Source of the DNA: Pristiophorus japonicus
Lineage: Eukaryota
Reading direction: 5' to 3'
Length of the DNA stretch: 64,000 nucleotides
NCBI RefSeq assembly: GCF_044704955.1
Contig: NC_091997.1
Location: 5,890,001 to 5,954,000 of the forward strand
The translations under genes were made by a program, and so were the position numbers. Under the pieces are notes generated by a model. That model had not been told where the DNA came from and made no database searches. It saw only the letters and a list, made by a program, of their open reading frames with translations. Positions within the stretch are counted from its first letter, which is position 1; every line of letters starts with the position of its first letter. Shown here in pieces: positions 63,566-64,000 of the stretch.

Positions 63566-64000
63566 TTAGAAACAGAAACAGGATTCAAAAAGTTAGTATG
63601 CAGATAGAGCAAGTAATCAGGAAGGCAAATGGAATGTTGGTCTTTATTGCAAGGGGGATAGAGTATAAAAGCAGAGAAGTCCTGCTACAACTGTACAGGG
63701 TATTGGTGAGGCCACACCTGGAGTACTGCGTACAGTTTTGGTCTCCGTATTTAAGGAAGGATATACTTGCATTGGAGGCTGTTCAGGGAAGGTTCAGTCG
63801 GTTGATTCCGGGGATGAGGGGGTTGACTTTTGAAGCTAGGTTGAGTAGGTTGGGCTTATACTCATTGCAGTTTAGAAGAATGAGAGATGATCTTCTCGAA
63901 ACATATCAGATAATGATGGGGCCCGACAAGGTGGATACAGAGAGGGTATTTCCACTCATAGGGGAAACTAATACTAGGGACATAGTCTCAGAATAAAGGG
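63566..64000 (+). mobile_element. CR1 3' fragment (duplicate of 48040 onward, cut by the window end)
   Basis: ORF 63598-63996. Confidence 0.88.

Larger units (their letters stand above)
52398..64000 (+). repeat. Segmental duplication, copy 2 (runs off the window end)
   Basis: Near-identical to 36871-48474 with scattered substitutions and small indels. Confidence 0.95.

Overview
Eukaryotic, repeat-rich genomic DNA. The CR1, RTE and Deu-SINE families suggest a cartilaginous fish (inferred, not verified). Host genes are the last coding exon of rpl41 (2140-2182) and a cluster of intronless hsp30-type small heat-shock genes: five intact copies and two CR1-disrupted copies, with HSE/TATA promoters. 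The cluster shows gene-conversion mosaicism, an inversion that swapped promoter regions between head-to-head paralogs, a probable RTE-mediated duplication junction and a recent ~15.5-kb segmental duplication. The rest is nested retroelements (CR1, RTE with a 5' inversion, a Mag-like Gypsy, non-autonomous and solo LTRs) plus a TIR element. The most unusual item is a tandem pair of A-tailed retroposons (31649-32337) built from shuffled pieces of U2 and U1 spliceosomal snRNAs (SINEU-like). Several distinct LTR families here also carry strong CTCF-like motifs. All comparisons were made by eye; no database searches were run.
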